From positions 32,001 through 96,000 of the IMG/VR virus record IMGVR_UViG_3300025930_000008: DNA of 64,000 bases; one strand, written 5' to 3'. This DNA is from a virus. Below the pieces are notes generated by a model, which was given only the letters and a program-made list of their open reading frames with translations, was not told the origin of the DNA and ran no database searches. Shown here piece after piece: positions 26,257 to 35,488 of this stretch; the stretch's first letter is position 1, and every line of letters begins with the position of its first letter. The position numbers were made by a program, and so were the translations under genes.

Positions 26257-26674
26257 TGGACTCTTAGTCTACACAGACGGCGCTTATAGCGCACGGGGAC
26301 CAGGCGGTTGGAGTTGGGTAGCGGTAGATGCTTTTGGCGGGGAGCAATTCTCGTCAGGGCATATACCGCCCCCGACTACCAATAACCGTGCTGAACTTGT
26401 GGCTGTGTACGCAGCCCTTGATGACTTACATGCCAAGTATGGGCCAATTGAATTAGAGATAGTAAGCGACAGTATCTATGTCGTCAAAGGTGCAACCTAT
26501 CCAGAGCGTGCGCGCAACGTCAATCGTGACCTATGGGATAGAGTTGACCGGGGCATAGAGAAACATGCTTACGTCCAATTCAGGCACATACCAGGCCATG
26601 TGGGAGTGAAGTACAACGAACTGGCAGATACCCTGGCAGTTGAAGCAAAGAGGAAATCAACCTATGTCTATTAG
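26237..26674 (+). CDS. rnhA: Ribonuclease HI
   Basis: YTDGA, TNNRAEL, SDSIY, GHVGVKYNELADTLA. Confidence 0.93.
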   Translation: MALNPSSGLLVYTDGAYSARGPGGWSWVAVDAFGGEQFSSGHIPPPTTNNRAELVAVYAALDDLHAKYGPIELEIVSDSIYVVKGATYPERARNVNRDLWDRVDRGIEKHAYVQFRHIPGHVGVKYNELADTLAVEAKRKSTYVY

Positions 26675-26861
26675 TACGACTACAAAGAAGGAAGCAGTAT
26701 ACAATTACCTGCGTAAGAACCGCAGGTACATTCCCGGCCCCGAGATTGAGGCGGCTGGTGGTCTACGTAGGCTCCGTGAGCTACGTTCTGAGGGCAAGAA
26801 TATTGTCTCTCGTAAGAACCCTAAGACTGGTGCCTGGGAGTACCGTCTACAGGGTAAGTAA
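26664..26861 (+). CDS. Small winged-helix-like protein
   Basis: RRLRELRSEG..I.S......W.YRL. Confidence 0.5.
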   Translation: MSISTTTKKEAVYNYLRKNRRYIPGPEIEAAGGLRRLRELRSEGKNIVSRKNPKTGAWEYRLQGK

Positions 26862-29800
26862 TGCAATTCGCTCCACTACACAATCACTCAGAATACTCCG
26901 CACTAGACGGGTTCTCTACCTGTGAGGAAATAGCGGAGCGATGCGTTGAATTGGGGTGTCCCTGCTGCGGTATCACAGATCACGGTACTGTGGCAGGGCA
27001 CCTTGAATTCGCTAAGGCCCTAGCTAAGAGGGATATCAAGCCTATCTTTGGTACAGAATTGTACCACGGAGTCAAGCCCAAAGGTTACAAGGGCTGGACT
27101 CGGAACGAGCGTGACCAGGCGCACCTAGTTGTGGGTGCCATGACGAATGAGGGCCTACGTAACCTATGGCGACTGAATGATATCGCCAGTCAGAACTTTC
27201 GATACGTAGGGAGGGTGACGTGGGATGATCTTGAGGGCTATTCAGACGGTCTTTTTTGCACTACAGCTTGCATCGCTAGTCTCGTATCTAGTGAGTTGCT
27301 TGCCGGACACTCGGAGTCTCTAAATAAGTACGTAGAGATATTCAAGGATAATCTCTACGTTGAGTTACACACCTATCCCAGCCCTGACCAAGAGCAGATC
27401 AACCTGGCTCTTTGTCAAATTGCAACGGAACGTGGACTCCCCGTAGTATACGCTAACGATGCCCACTTTGCCTATCCCGGGCAGTATGCGCAGCACGATG
27501 CTTATGTTGCCATGCAGACCGGGGAATCCATTGACACTCCGATCAATGACCGTAAGATGTGGCACCCCTTTGCGTTGTATATGATGGACGAAACGGAGAT
27601 TCGCAACCATTTACATTACCTGCCTGACTCTGTAGTTGATGAGGCGTTGTCAAATACCGTCGCGCTCGGCAGCCGCTGTAATGTCAGCCTCCCATCTATC
27701 AAGCCACATCTCCCTATCTTCATCCCCAAGCATTGCGAATTCGTCCCCGAACATCATCGTGAGGACAATGCGAGCAAGCTCTTTATCGACCTTGTTGAGA
27801 ATGGCCTCAAGGATCGCTACGGAGAGGACGCCGGGGATGAGGTATGGCAGCGCGCGAATAAGGAAATGGAGGCTTTCTTTGCAGGAGGGCTTCATCACTA
27901 TTTCTTACAAGCGTGGGACTTCTGTCAGTTCTGTGATGCAAATGGCATAGAACGGGGTCCGGGTCGTGGATCGGCGGCGGGAGCGCTTGTTTCTTACGCG
28001 CTTGGTATTACGGACGTTGACCCACTTCGTTACCAACTCTCTTTCGAGAGGTTTTGGAACGCTGGTCGAGCTAAAGGCTTCCCCGATATAGACAATGATT
28101 TCCCCGTTTATGAGCGTGAGAGGATTAAGGAGTACCTCACTCGTAGGTGGGGCGGCGACAACGTACGCAGCATAGGCACGGTGACCCGGCTGAAACCGAA
28201 AGCTGCCCTTGATAAGACTTACAGGGTATTTGGCGTCGAGTTTCAAGAGAAAGAATCCATCAAAAAGATTGTCAACACTGTACCTGACCTCAACATTCTC
28301 GGTGCCGACTCGGTGGGCTGGAAAGATGACGGTGGCGGTAAGACGATCTACGTGTGGTCACATGTTGGTCGGCAGATAAAGCAGTACGTTGAGCAGCGTC
28401 CACCTGATCGTCAAACTGTCCTGTGGAAGTGGCTTGATTTCGTGGAGGCTGTGTGTTCCCGTGTTTCAGGATACGGCGTACATGCCTCAGGAGTCGTTGT
28501 GTCCGATGTGCCATTGAGTGATGAGTTGCCTAGTTTCTGGTCAGCTACAGGTAACACTCAGGCGACGATGTTCCCGATGGCCGACGTGGATAAGCGCGGA
28601 TTCATCAAGCAGGACATTCTTGGCCTGCGGAATCTAGACACTCTACAGGAGTGGAAGCGCCTCGTCAAGCTGAACCACGGCATTGATATCAAGTGGTCAG
28701 GATTAGAGGCTAAGCAGCACCCACTTGAGATGTGGGAAATGCTGGACAAGGGACTCACCACGGGTGTGTTCCAAATTGAGACTAGTCCACCTGTGAGAAA
28801 GCTGACCATGGAATTCAAGCCACGCTCAGTCGAGGACTTGTCAGTTATTGTGGCCTTGAACCGTCCCGGCCCACTACGTAGTGGTACGGGTGAAAGGTTC
28901 GTAGCCCGCCGTAATGGCCTAGAGCCGATCCAATACGACCACCCCTTTCTTGAGGATATCCTAGATGAAACTTATGGACTGTTTCTATATCAGGAGCAGG
29001 TCATCGCGCTGTTCAGTAAGCTAGGTCTATCTGAGTCTGATGCTGATGCGATCCGTAAGGTACTAGGCAAGAAGAATAATGAGGATTGGCAAGCGGTCAA
29101 GAATGGTGAAGGGGAGTGGCAAGATAAGGGCTTTTTCGATCTTGCTCGCCGTGTTATGGATGAGGGTTCTGCGCAGGTTATATGGAACCGCCTTGAGGAA
29201 TTCGCTAAGTACAGCTTCAACAAGTCGCACTCCATCGCTTATGCAACGATTGCGTTTCGTACGCTCTATGCGAAGTATTACGCGCCAACAGAATTCATCA
29301 TGGCATGTATACGAACCAATAACGAAGATGCAGCTTTATACGTGGCTGAGGGACGACGCATCGGAGTGCCAGTATTGCCTCCGGATATTAGAAAATCCGG
29401 TGCTGAGGTTGGCGTTACCGATGGAGCTATCTACTATGGACTCGCAAACGTTAAGGGTGTGGGCCTATCATCTGCACGGTATCTCTCCCAACTTGTCAAA
29501 ACACATTCATGCTTTACGCCCGCCGACGTTGAAACGGCGTTAGAGGTAGAAGATGCGGCGTGGCGAAAGAGAAAAGAGGCTCATCAGGCTAATAATGTCA
29601 CAGCCTTCCGCGAGCGCTCACCCCGTAGCCAGTGTCGATCCAATATCATTGAGGCCCTTGAGAGAGTTGGGGCCTTTGACAATTACAAAGAAAGAACTGT
29701 ATCTCTGGCTGAACAGCAAGCCGCCGAGACTGAACTCTTGGGCATTGTTCTTAGCGACAACACTCAGGAAGCGCTAGATAGAAACTCCGATCTGGTAGAA

Positions 29801-30079
29801 GAATGTGACGATTACCAGGAGTTTATTGATTCTATCTCAGCGGGTGCGCGTGCTAAACTAGCAGGTATAGTTTCAAATATTCGTCCAACTCAAACGAAGG
29901 CGACTGGCTCTGACATGGCTATCGTCACCATCGAAATGGGGCAGGACAACATTGAGTTCGCTGTATTCCCACGTCAATGGGAGTCCTACAAGTTTTTATG
30001 GAAGGAACGAACCGCTGGAATATTCAACCTTAAGAAGTCGGACAGAGGAACCTTCTTTGAGGACGGAATCAAACTCTAA
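26861..30079 (+). CDS. dnaE: DNA polymerase III alpha subunit
   Basis: PHP domain (HNHSEYS..DG, TDHG), GPGRGSAAG, PDIDND, YSFNKSH. Confidence 0.97.
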   Translation: MQFAPLHNHSEYSALDGFSTCEEIAERCVELGCPCCGITDHGTVAGHLEFAKALAKRDIKPIFGTELYHGVKPKGYKGWTRNERDQAHLVVGAMTNEGLRNLWRLNDIASQNFRYVGRVTWDDLEGYSDGLFCTTACIASLVSSELLAGHSESLNKYVEIFKDNLYVELHTYPSPDQEQINLALCQIATERGLPVVYANDAHFAYPGQYAQHDAYVAMQTGESIDTPINDRKMWHPFALYMMDETEIRNHLHYLPDSVVDEALSNTVALGSRCNVSLPSIKPHLPIFIPKHCEFVPEHHREDNASKLFIDLVENGLKDRYGEDAGDEVWQRANKEMEAFFAGGLHHYFLQAWDFCQFCDANGIERGPGRGSAAGALVSYALGITDVDPLRYQLSFERFWNAGRAKGFPDIDNDFPVYERERIKEYLTRRWGGDNVRSIGTVTRLKPKAALDKTYRVFGVEFQEKESIKKIVNTVPDLNILGADSVGWKDDGGGKTIYVWSHVGRQIKQYVEQRPPDRQTVLWKWLDFVEAVCSRVSGYGVHASGVVVSDVPLSDELPSFWSATGNTQATMFPMADVDKRGFIKQDILGLRNLDTLQEWKRLVKLNHGIDIKWSGLEAKQHPLEMWEMLDKGLTTGVFQIETSPPVRKLTMEFKPRSVEDLSVIVALNRPGPLRSGTGERFVARRNGLEPIQYDHPFLEDILDETYGLFLYQEQVIALFSKLGLSESDADAIRKVLGKKNNEDWQAVKNGEGEWQDKGFFDLARRVMDEGSAQVIWNRLEEFAKYSFNKSHSIAYATIAFRTLYAKYYAPTEFIMACIRTNNEDAALYVAEGRRIGVPVLPPDIRKSGAEVGVTDGAIYYGLANVKGVGLSSARYLSQLVKTHSCFTPADVETALEVEDAAWRKRKEAHQANNVTAFRERSPRSQCRSNIIEALERVGAFDNYKERTVSLAEQQAAETELLGIVLSDNTQEALDRNSDLVEECDDYQEFIDSISAGARAKLAGIVSNIRPTQTKATGSDMAIVTIEMGQDNIEFAVFPRQWESYKFLWKERTAGIFNLKKSDRGTFFEDGIKL

Positions 30080-30242
30080 GCTGCATCGAGCAGTCCGAGC
30101 GCAACAGAAGGCCAAGCTACAAACTTACATGGCCTTGATGGAACAACGTCTACCTATCCCCGCTGACTTAAGAAGGGACGTAGAAGAGAAAATACCTGTA
30201 ACCAGAAAGTATCTAAGAGATTGGCTAACGTATACGACATAG
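30057..30242 (+). CDS. Small hypothetical protein
   Basis: Bridges dnaE and recA; TTG start with GAGGA upstream. Confidence 0.4.
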   Translation: MRTESNSKLHRAVRAQQKAKLQTYMALMEQRLPIPADLRRDVEEKIPVTRKYLRDWLTYTT

Positions 30243-31267
30243 CAAAGAAATACGAGAAGAAATATGGGCATCAAGCTAGCGCTGGTGGCAGGTTCAATCG
30301 AGTTATTGACGTTACTAGCACGGGGATATTATCGCTGGACTACGCACTTGGTACCGGAGGCTGGGAAGAGGGGACTATCAACGAAGTATTTGGTCCTCCT
30401 GATATTGGCAAGTCGTCTATCATCGGCTTTAACGCGATTATAGAACAGCAAAAGAAGGGCCGTATCTGTGCAATCGTAGCACTAGAGCCTGGGTTTGATC
30501 CTAAGTGGGCTGAAAAGAATGGAGTAGACCTTGACAAAGTTATCATCGGGTGGCCGGACAATGGTGAAGATGCGTTCAACATGGCGTACGACTTTGTTCT
30601 CGATGAGAATATTGGGTTTGTTCTCTTTGATTCTATTGGTGCGGTGCTTCGACCTTCTGAGGCAGGCGATAAGGGAAAGCCCTCTCAAGGTGGGCAAAGC
30701 GCTCTTATTACGTGGGGAGTCAAAAGGCTTCAAATGCCAGCCTGGAAGCGAAAGAAAACCGTAATCCTACTGAATCAGGTCAGGGACGATATGAACGCTC
30801 GCATCCCTGGTCTAGTGGATTCGCCCGGAGGCCACGCGCTCAAACATACCTGTGAAGTACGCATCCAATTGCGGCCTGGTAGCGATCAGTATAAGGTCCG
30901 CGTTGGTAGTGGTGACGACGCTCACGATGTTACTGTAGGTAGGTCAATTATCGCCATCGTCAAGCGTACTAAGAGGGCAGAGGGCACGAATGCCCGCGCT
31001 GTCTTTGACTTCTACTCTATGGAAACCGAGCATCTACCGTTCGGCGTAGACAAAGAGTGGGACATTATCAATACCGCCAAGCGTGCTGGTGTATTCTCCG
31101 GTACCGGTTGGCTTTACCATCAATCATTCCCAGATGGCAAGCTACATGGCAAGGACGCTGTAGCTCAGTTCCTAAAGGACAATCCACTAATCGTGGAGGG
31201 AATCAAAAACGAAGTTATAGCTCAAGTGAGAAAAAATGAACGGCAAGCAGCTAGCGAAGATACATGA
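30221..31267 (+). CDS. recA: RecA-like recombinase
   Basis: STG..SLD.ALG.GG, GPPDIGKS, DSIGA, NQVRD, PGGHALKH. Confidence 0.93.
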   Translation: MANVYDIAKKYEKKYGHQASAGGRFNRVIDVTSTGILSLDYALGTGGWEEGTINEVFGPPDIGKSSIIGFNAIIEQQKKGRICAIVALEPGFDPKWAEKNGVDLDKVIIGWPDNGEDAFNMAYDFVLDENIGFVLFDSIGAVLRPSEAGDKGKPSQGGQSALITWGVKRLQMPAWKRKKTVILLNQVRDDMNARIPGLVDSPGGHALKHTCEVRIQLRPGSDQYKVRVGSGDDAHDVTVGRSIIAIVKRTKRAEGTNARAVFDFYSMETEHLPFGVDKEWDIINTAKRAGVFSGTGWLYHQSFPDGKLHGKDAVAQFLKDNPLIVEGIKNEVIAQVRKNERQAASEDT

Positions 31268-31571
31268 GGAATGGGTAGCTAAACAATATGATGGAAGGCG
31301 CTCTCGTACCTCGGGAGCGTCCCCTGTAGATAAAGGCGATGTGTCCACCGGCACTCACTTGTATGAGTGCAAACTCCGTGGTGCCCCTGGTGGACCATCT
31401 ATGCGCACGACACAGATGCGTTGGATGGAAAAGGTCGCTGATGAGGCATGGGCCGAGGGTAAGCAACCCGCTCTATGCTTACGCTATTATTGTCCTGAGT
31501 CAATTTTAGCCAACCATGAAGGCTGGGTTGACTTCACCCTCCGACTAACGAGGGATGATAGTGGCAATTAG
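31236..31571 (+). CDS. PD-(D/E)xK Holliday-junction-resolvase-like nuclease
   Basis: E...SGA...GDV...YECK. Confidence 0.65.
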   Translation: MNGKQLAKIHEEWVAKQYDGRRSRTSGASPVDKGDVSTGTHLYECKLRGAPGGPSMRTTQMRWMEKVADEAWAEGKQPALCLRYYCPESILANHEGWVDFTLRLTRDDSGN

Positions 31572-32283
31572 GCTCAAGAAAGATACCTTTGTCCGCAACC
31601 TTGTCAAGAATCACAAACTAGCCGGACACATCGACAAATCAATTGGTGAGGGCGAGTTCAATTGGCATGCAGAATTCAAGGTCAAGCAAGGCGATGACGG
31701 ATTTCATCCTAGTAGTGACTGCACTCCAAGCGTATTTAATCTATTTCGTAGTCGGACAACGGATAGTAAGGGCATCTCTACGGGGCTAAGCAAAGCCTTT
31801 CAAGTTGGACACTTCTGGCACGCTTACATTCAATGGATTGTCGTAGAAAGATTAGGCTATGCGTCATGGGATGAAATCGAAGTCCGAGGCCAACGTCGCT
31901 GGGCGGATGGCCCTTATGGTTGGGCTACTGGTAGTGCTGATATCGCCCCTTGTCATATACCTAGTGCTGGGGATTATCTCATTGATATAAAAACCATGAG
32001 AGCGCCTGACTTCAAGCAACAGGGCTTGCCTTCGTGGTGTGCGGAGAAATACGAATGCCAGGTCAATATCTATATGGACTGGTTTGACTTAGATGAAGCG
32101 ATCATTCTTTGTGTCTGCAAAGACTCCCCTCATGAGTTTAAGGAATTCCGCTTTGAACGAAACCCTGAGCTTGTTGAGGCCATATATAGTAAGTGGCGAC
32201 TTGCCGGTGACTGTATACAAACTGGAACCGTACCGGACGAAACTTACACGATCCCGCTGCCAACGGTGGGTCCAAGGTTGTAA
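31555..32283 (+). CDS. Cas4-like PD-(D/E)xK exonuclease
   Basis: HPSS, GHFWH, GSADI, DIKT, QVNIY. Confidence 0.75.
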   Translation: MIVAIRLKKDTFVRNLVKNHKLAGHIDKSIGEGEFNWHAEFKVKQGDDGFHPSSDCTPSVFNLFRSRTTDSKGISTGLSKAFQVGHFWHAYIQWIVVERLGYASWDEIEVRGQRRWADGPYGWATGSADIAPCHIPSAGDYLIDIKTMRAPDFKQQGLPSWCAEKYECQVNIYMDWFDLDEAIILCVCKDSPHEFKEFRFERNPELVEAIYSKWRLAGDCIQTGTVPDETYTIPLPTVGPRL

Positions 32284-32568
32284 CTGGTAATGTTTAGACA
32301 GAAGTGGACAGAAGCCGAGATACGGCAGATAGCCCGCGAGGAAGCGTACAAACTCCTAAAGGATTATGATAAGCGGTTAGGAGCAGCCTTCCGTGGGGAT
32401 CAGAAAAAGAAATAACCGTAGTGCGTGTTACACTGAAATGAATGCGAATTGTACGAATTCCTTCGTCTAAAGGTGGATGGCCTTCGCCTACTGAACGTGT
32501 CTACAATGTAGACATAGGACCTTTGGGGCTGACAATCAGTCGTAAAGGAGTCATGTGGATAACCAAAC

Positions 32569-33063
32569 ATGCGGGTCCTGGCTTTCGACCCTGGCGCTAA
32601 GCGCATGGGTTATGCCATTCTTGAGAATGGCCCCGTCTATATAGATTCAGGTATAGAAACATGCATACGGTTCCCTAACGAGCCGTATCAGGAGTACCGG
32701 GCGCGTCTTATTGACCAGTGGGTCGGACGCGCCTTTACTATGTGTAAGCAGTACCACCCTGATTTGGTTGCTTATGAAACTCTTCCAGTCAGGGGGTTTC
32801 GAGATATGTCGCAGGCGTTGTTAGCTGCTACGGCCATCACGACGGTCCACGCTGTAGCAATTTACCAACATCTACAAGTGTCAACCTATGCTGCTAACTC
32901 TGTAAAAGCCCGGATAGCGGGAAGTAATAAGGCAACCAAAGTTGGGGTACGGAAGGGCGTCCAACTCTTTCTACCGGAACTTGACGTTCCTGGCTGGCCT
33001 CAATACCCCGACGAATCAGACGCGGTTGCAATAGGTCTAACCGCATTGGGGTATAAACTATAA
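32569..33063 (+). CDS. ruvC: RuvC-like resolvase
   Basis: LAFDPG, VAYE, ATK, DESDAVAIG. Confidence 0.88.
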   Translation: MRVLAFDPGAKRMGYAILENGPVYIDSGIETCIRFPNEPYQEYRARLIDQWVGRAFTMCKQYHPDLVAYETLPVRGFRDMSQALLAATAITTVHAVAIYQHLQVSTYAANSVKARIAGSNKATKVGVRKGVQLFLPELDVPGWPQYPDESDAVAIGLTALGYKL

Positions 33064-33065
33064 AC

Positions 33066-33581
33066 ATGGCACAAGCCAAAGGCAAGCTAACGGAAGAAAT
33101 TCCCAAGCACCGAATTCTCCGAGAGGTCTACAGACACTACTTGGAGTTTAGACAATACGTTTCGGACACCGGAAACCACGTCATCGAACATGGGTATTTC
33201 TTATACGATGACGAAGGTAACATAAAGGATAAGGTCACGATCAAGATTTCCTTCTGGGACTTGTTCAACGGCCTCAAGGATTTGTCTCCACGTAAGCGTG
33301 AGGCGGTCTGGTTCAATGTTATCCTAGATCAGAAGCAGCGTGATGTTGCCAAGAAAATGGAAATCACGACTGTCTCAGTAGGACAGTATGTAGAGCAAGC
33401 AATGTTACAGTTAAGCGAACACTACTTCGCTGACGAGTCAAGTGAGGGTACAAGTGAAGTCGAGGTATTACCAGTCGTCGGGGACAGTGAAAGTCCACCG
33501 GAGTTACAACCGACTAAGAAGCAAGCAAAGGTACATAGAAAAACAAATCGGGGGAGACAGAAGGAAAACTGTGTGGCGTAA
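33066..33581 (+). CDS. Sigma-70 region-4-like HTH protein
   Basis: LSPRKREAV...QRDVAKKMEITTVSVGQYVEQAMLQL. Confidence 0.7.
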   Translation: MAQAKGKLTEEIPKHRILREVYRHYLEFRQYVSDTGNHVIEHGYFLYDDEGNIKDKVTIKISFWDLFNGLKDLSPRKREAVWFNVILDQKQRDVAKKMEITTVSVGQYVEQAMLQLSEHYFADESSEGTSEVEVLPVVGDSESPPELQPTKKQAKVHRKTNRGRQKENCVA

Positions 33582-34032
33582 AGATGAAGAAGCACCAGAA
33601 TACGTTGAAGGACGCAGCTACACGAATAGAGAAAAGGAGCTTATTGCTGACTCCCTTCTCCGCGACGATGCGCGTAGCGAAGTATGCAGAGTATGCAAAG
33701 CATCTGGGAGTCCAACAGGGCGAACTGAAACTATGGCTCAGCCCGCCGTCGATCAGGGAGGACATGCTCTTTCGCTTGAATTCCCGGAATTTTCTTGCCC
33801 CGCCGGTCATATCTGGTTTCAGGGTGAGGGCGAAGCAAGAGGCATCGGAGGAAAAGACCCAATTCTCTTTGAAGAACATCTAGCTAATCGCCGTCGCAGG
33901 GAAATCTTGCCTGCTAATGGCGTACCTGACCCGTCTATCGTGGCTGGAATATATAACCGAACTCATCCACAAGGACGCAAAGTCAACAGTGAGGAACAAC
34001 GTAAGAAGAACGGAGCTAGCTTCTTTAGATAG
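33571..34032 (+). CDS. Hypothetical Zn-ribbon protein
   Basis: GTG start with AAGGA RBS; CRVC...CPAGH. Confidence 0.6.
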   Translation: MWRKDEEAPEYVEGRSYTNREKELIADSLLRDDARSEVCRVCKASGSPTGRTETMAQPAVDQGGHALSLEFPEFSCPAGHIWFQGEGEARGIGGKDPILFEEHLANRRRREILPANGVPDPSIVAGIYNRTHPQGRKVNSEEQRKKNGASFFR

Positions 34033-34042
34033 GGGTGATAAA

Positions 34043-34255
34043 ATGGACATTTTAGTTGATGCGGTCAAAACGTTTGAGCCTATCAGTATCCCCATTGCCA
34101 AGGTGCGGGAATACGAAAAGCCGGATGAGTGCAGTCTGATGGAATGGATGCCTAATCTGCCAGATATGGGCAGGATGGCGGTGTGTCCAGAATGTGATGA
34201 GGAAGCTCTCATCATAGATGGTGATTACATTTGTTTGAATTGTAGGATAGGATAA
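34043..34255 (+). CDS. Small protein with DYIC Zn-finger
   Basis: CPEC...GDYICLNCR. Confidence 0.6.
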   Translation: MDILVDAVKTFEPISIPIAKVREYEKPDECSLMEWMPNLPDMGRMAVCPECDEEALIIDGDYICLNCRIG

Positions 34256-34563
34256 TGGACTGGCTACGCCTTATCCTCATTGCCTCGGCTGGGGTCGTGG
34301 GATTACTCTATCTGTGGACTGCTATTAAGGCGGCTCACTTTGCTTGGGTCTACACTGAGCGTAGGCGCTGGAATATCGGTAGAGTATGTGCCGGGTTAGG
34401 CGTAGTCCTTATCAATACCGGAACGATCCAAGTAGCCATCGCTCGTTGGGGGTTGAACCATCATTGGGGCACCTGGATCGTTTGTCTAGGTGAGATTGTC
34501 CTGATGTACGGCTGGATACTGTCAGGCCGTGTCACTATCAAGGCTGGACATACCGTCTATTAA
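34255..34563 (+). CDS. Three-TM membrane protein
   Basis: Hydrophobic segments; TAATG coupling. Confidence 0.6.
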   Translation: MDWLRLILIASAGVVGLLYLWTAIKAAHFAWVYTERRRWNIGRVCAGLGVVLINTGTIQVAIARWGLNHHWGTWIVCLGEIVLMYGWILSGRVTIKAGHTVY

Positions 34564-34571
34564 ACTGACAG

Positions 34572-35282
34572 ATGCCTAAGTTCAATCAACCCGCAAATAA
34601 GCCAAATTCTAGGAATGTCCCTGCCAAGAAAAGCCAATCCCTCGGTGTGCCCCTTATCATCGAGCCAAAATGCAAAGTATGTCAAAGTCCACACCGGCAC
34701 GTCATTGACCAAATGCTCGTTGGGGGTGCCCTCACCTATTCCGAAATTGAGCGCCAATTTGTTTTCGCAGGCATACCTAGACGGTCAATCTCTTCCCATG
34801 CTCAGAAGCATCTTGGCTATGAAGAGACAGCTATTAGAGAGGTCATCGAGCGGGAAGCAGCTACCGCCCGACGTAATCACGAAGAGGGTGTTTCACGACT
34901 GGTTACAAAGAACGCCTACCTAGAGCTAGCTCTACAGAAGGCGTGGGACGCACTGATAAAAGACATTGCAATAGTTGAGCCGAAAGATGCTGTTAAGGTC
35001 ATCGAAACTCTCCAACGATTCCAAGACAATAACCAAGAAGCTGCACTAGATGAACTCCGAGTACAATTCAATATGTTCATGCAGGCAGTTAAAGAAGTGG
35101 TTGAGCGGGACCGATGGGAAGATATCGTGGGGCGCACCGCTGACCTACTCCGAGCGAGTGGACGTACTGTTGACTTCGACAAAGCTGGCGAACCTCAAGC
35201 AGACGAAGGATTCACAGAAATCTCGCCAAAAGAACTTGAAGAAGTCATATCGGACGTGCAGGTGGTAGATGCAGGTAGTTAG
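34572..35282 (+). CDS. Hypothetical helical protein with N-terminal CxxC/HTH
   Basis: CKVCQSPHR..IDQML...YSEI...ISSHAQKH. Confidence 0.6.
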   Translation: MPKFNQPANKPNSRNVPAKKSQSLGVPLIIEPKCKVCQSPHRHVIDQMLVGGALTYSEIERQFVFAGIPRRSISSHAQKHLGYEETAIREVIEREAATARRNHEEGVSRLVTKNAYLELALQKAWDALIKDIAIVEPKDAVKVIETLQRFQDNNQEAALDELRVQFNMFMQAVKEVVERDRWEDIVGRTADLLRASGRTVDFDKAGEPQADEGFTEISPKELEEVISDVQVVDAGS

Positions 35283-35290
35283 CTGTTTCT

Positions 35291-35488
35291 GTGGAAAGGT
35301 GTATACTGGTGTCGTATGTCCGAAATGTGGTCGGGCGGCTCTCCCGGTTATTCGACCGCCACGTCCCTAAACTCTGTACCAAATGTGGTAAGCCCATGTC
35401 TGTCCGGGAAAAGAGGACAGGCGATCTTTGTACGAAATGTAAAGAGCTTGCCATGTTGGAAGCTCTATGGGAACTTACTCACTCCTAG
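35291..35488 (+). CDS. Small Zn-finger protein
   Basis: CTKC...GDLCTKCK. Confidence 0.45.
   Translation: MERCILVSYVRNVVGRLSRLFDRHVPKLCTKCGKPMSVREKRTGDLCTKCKELAMLEALWELTHS

Noticed and set aside
16458-30079. Inteins or introns in nrdJ, dnaB, dnaE
   Set aside because: Lengths are normal and no splice-junction or LAGLIDADG motifs were seen
31555-32283. CRISPR-Cas system
   Set aside because: Solo Cas4-like nuclease in a recombination cluster; no repeat-spacer array or other cas genes seen
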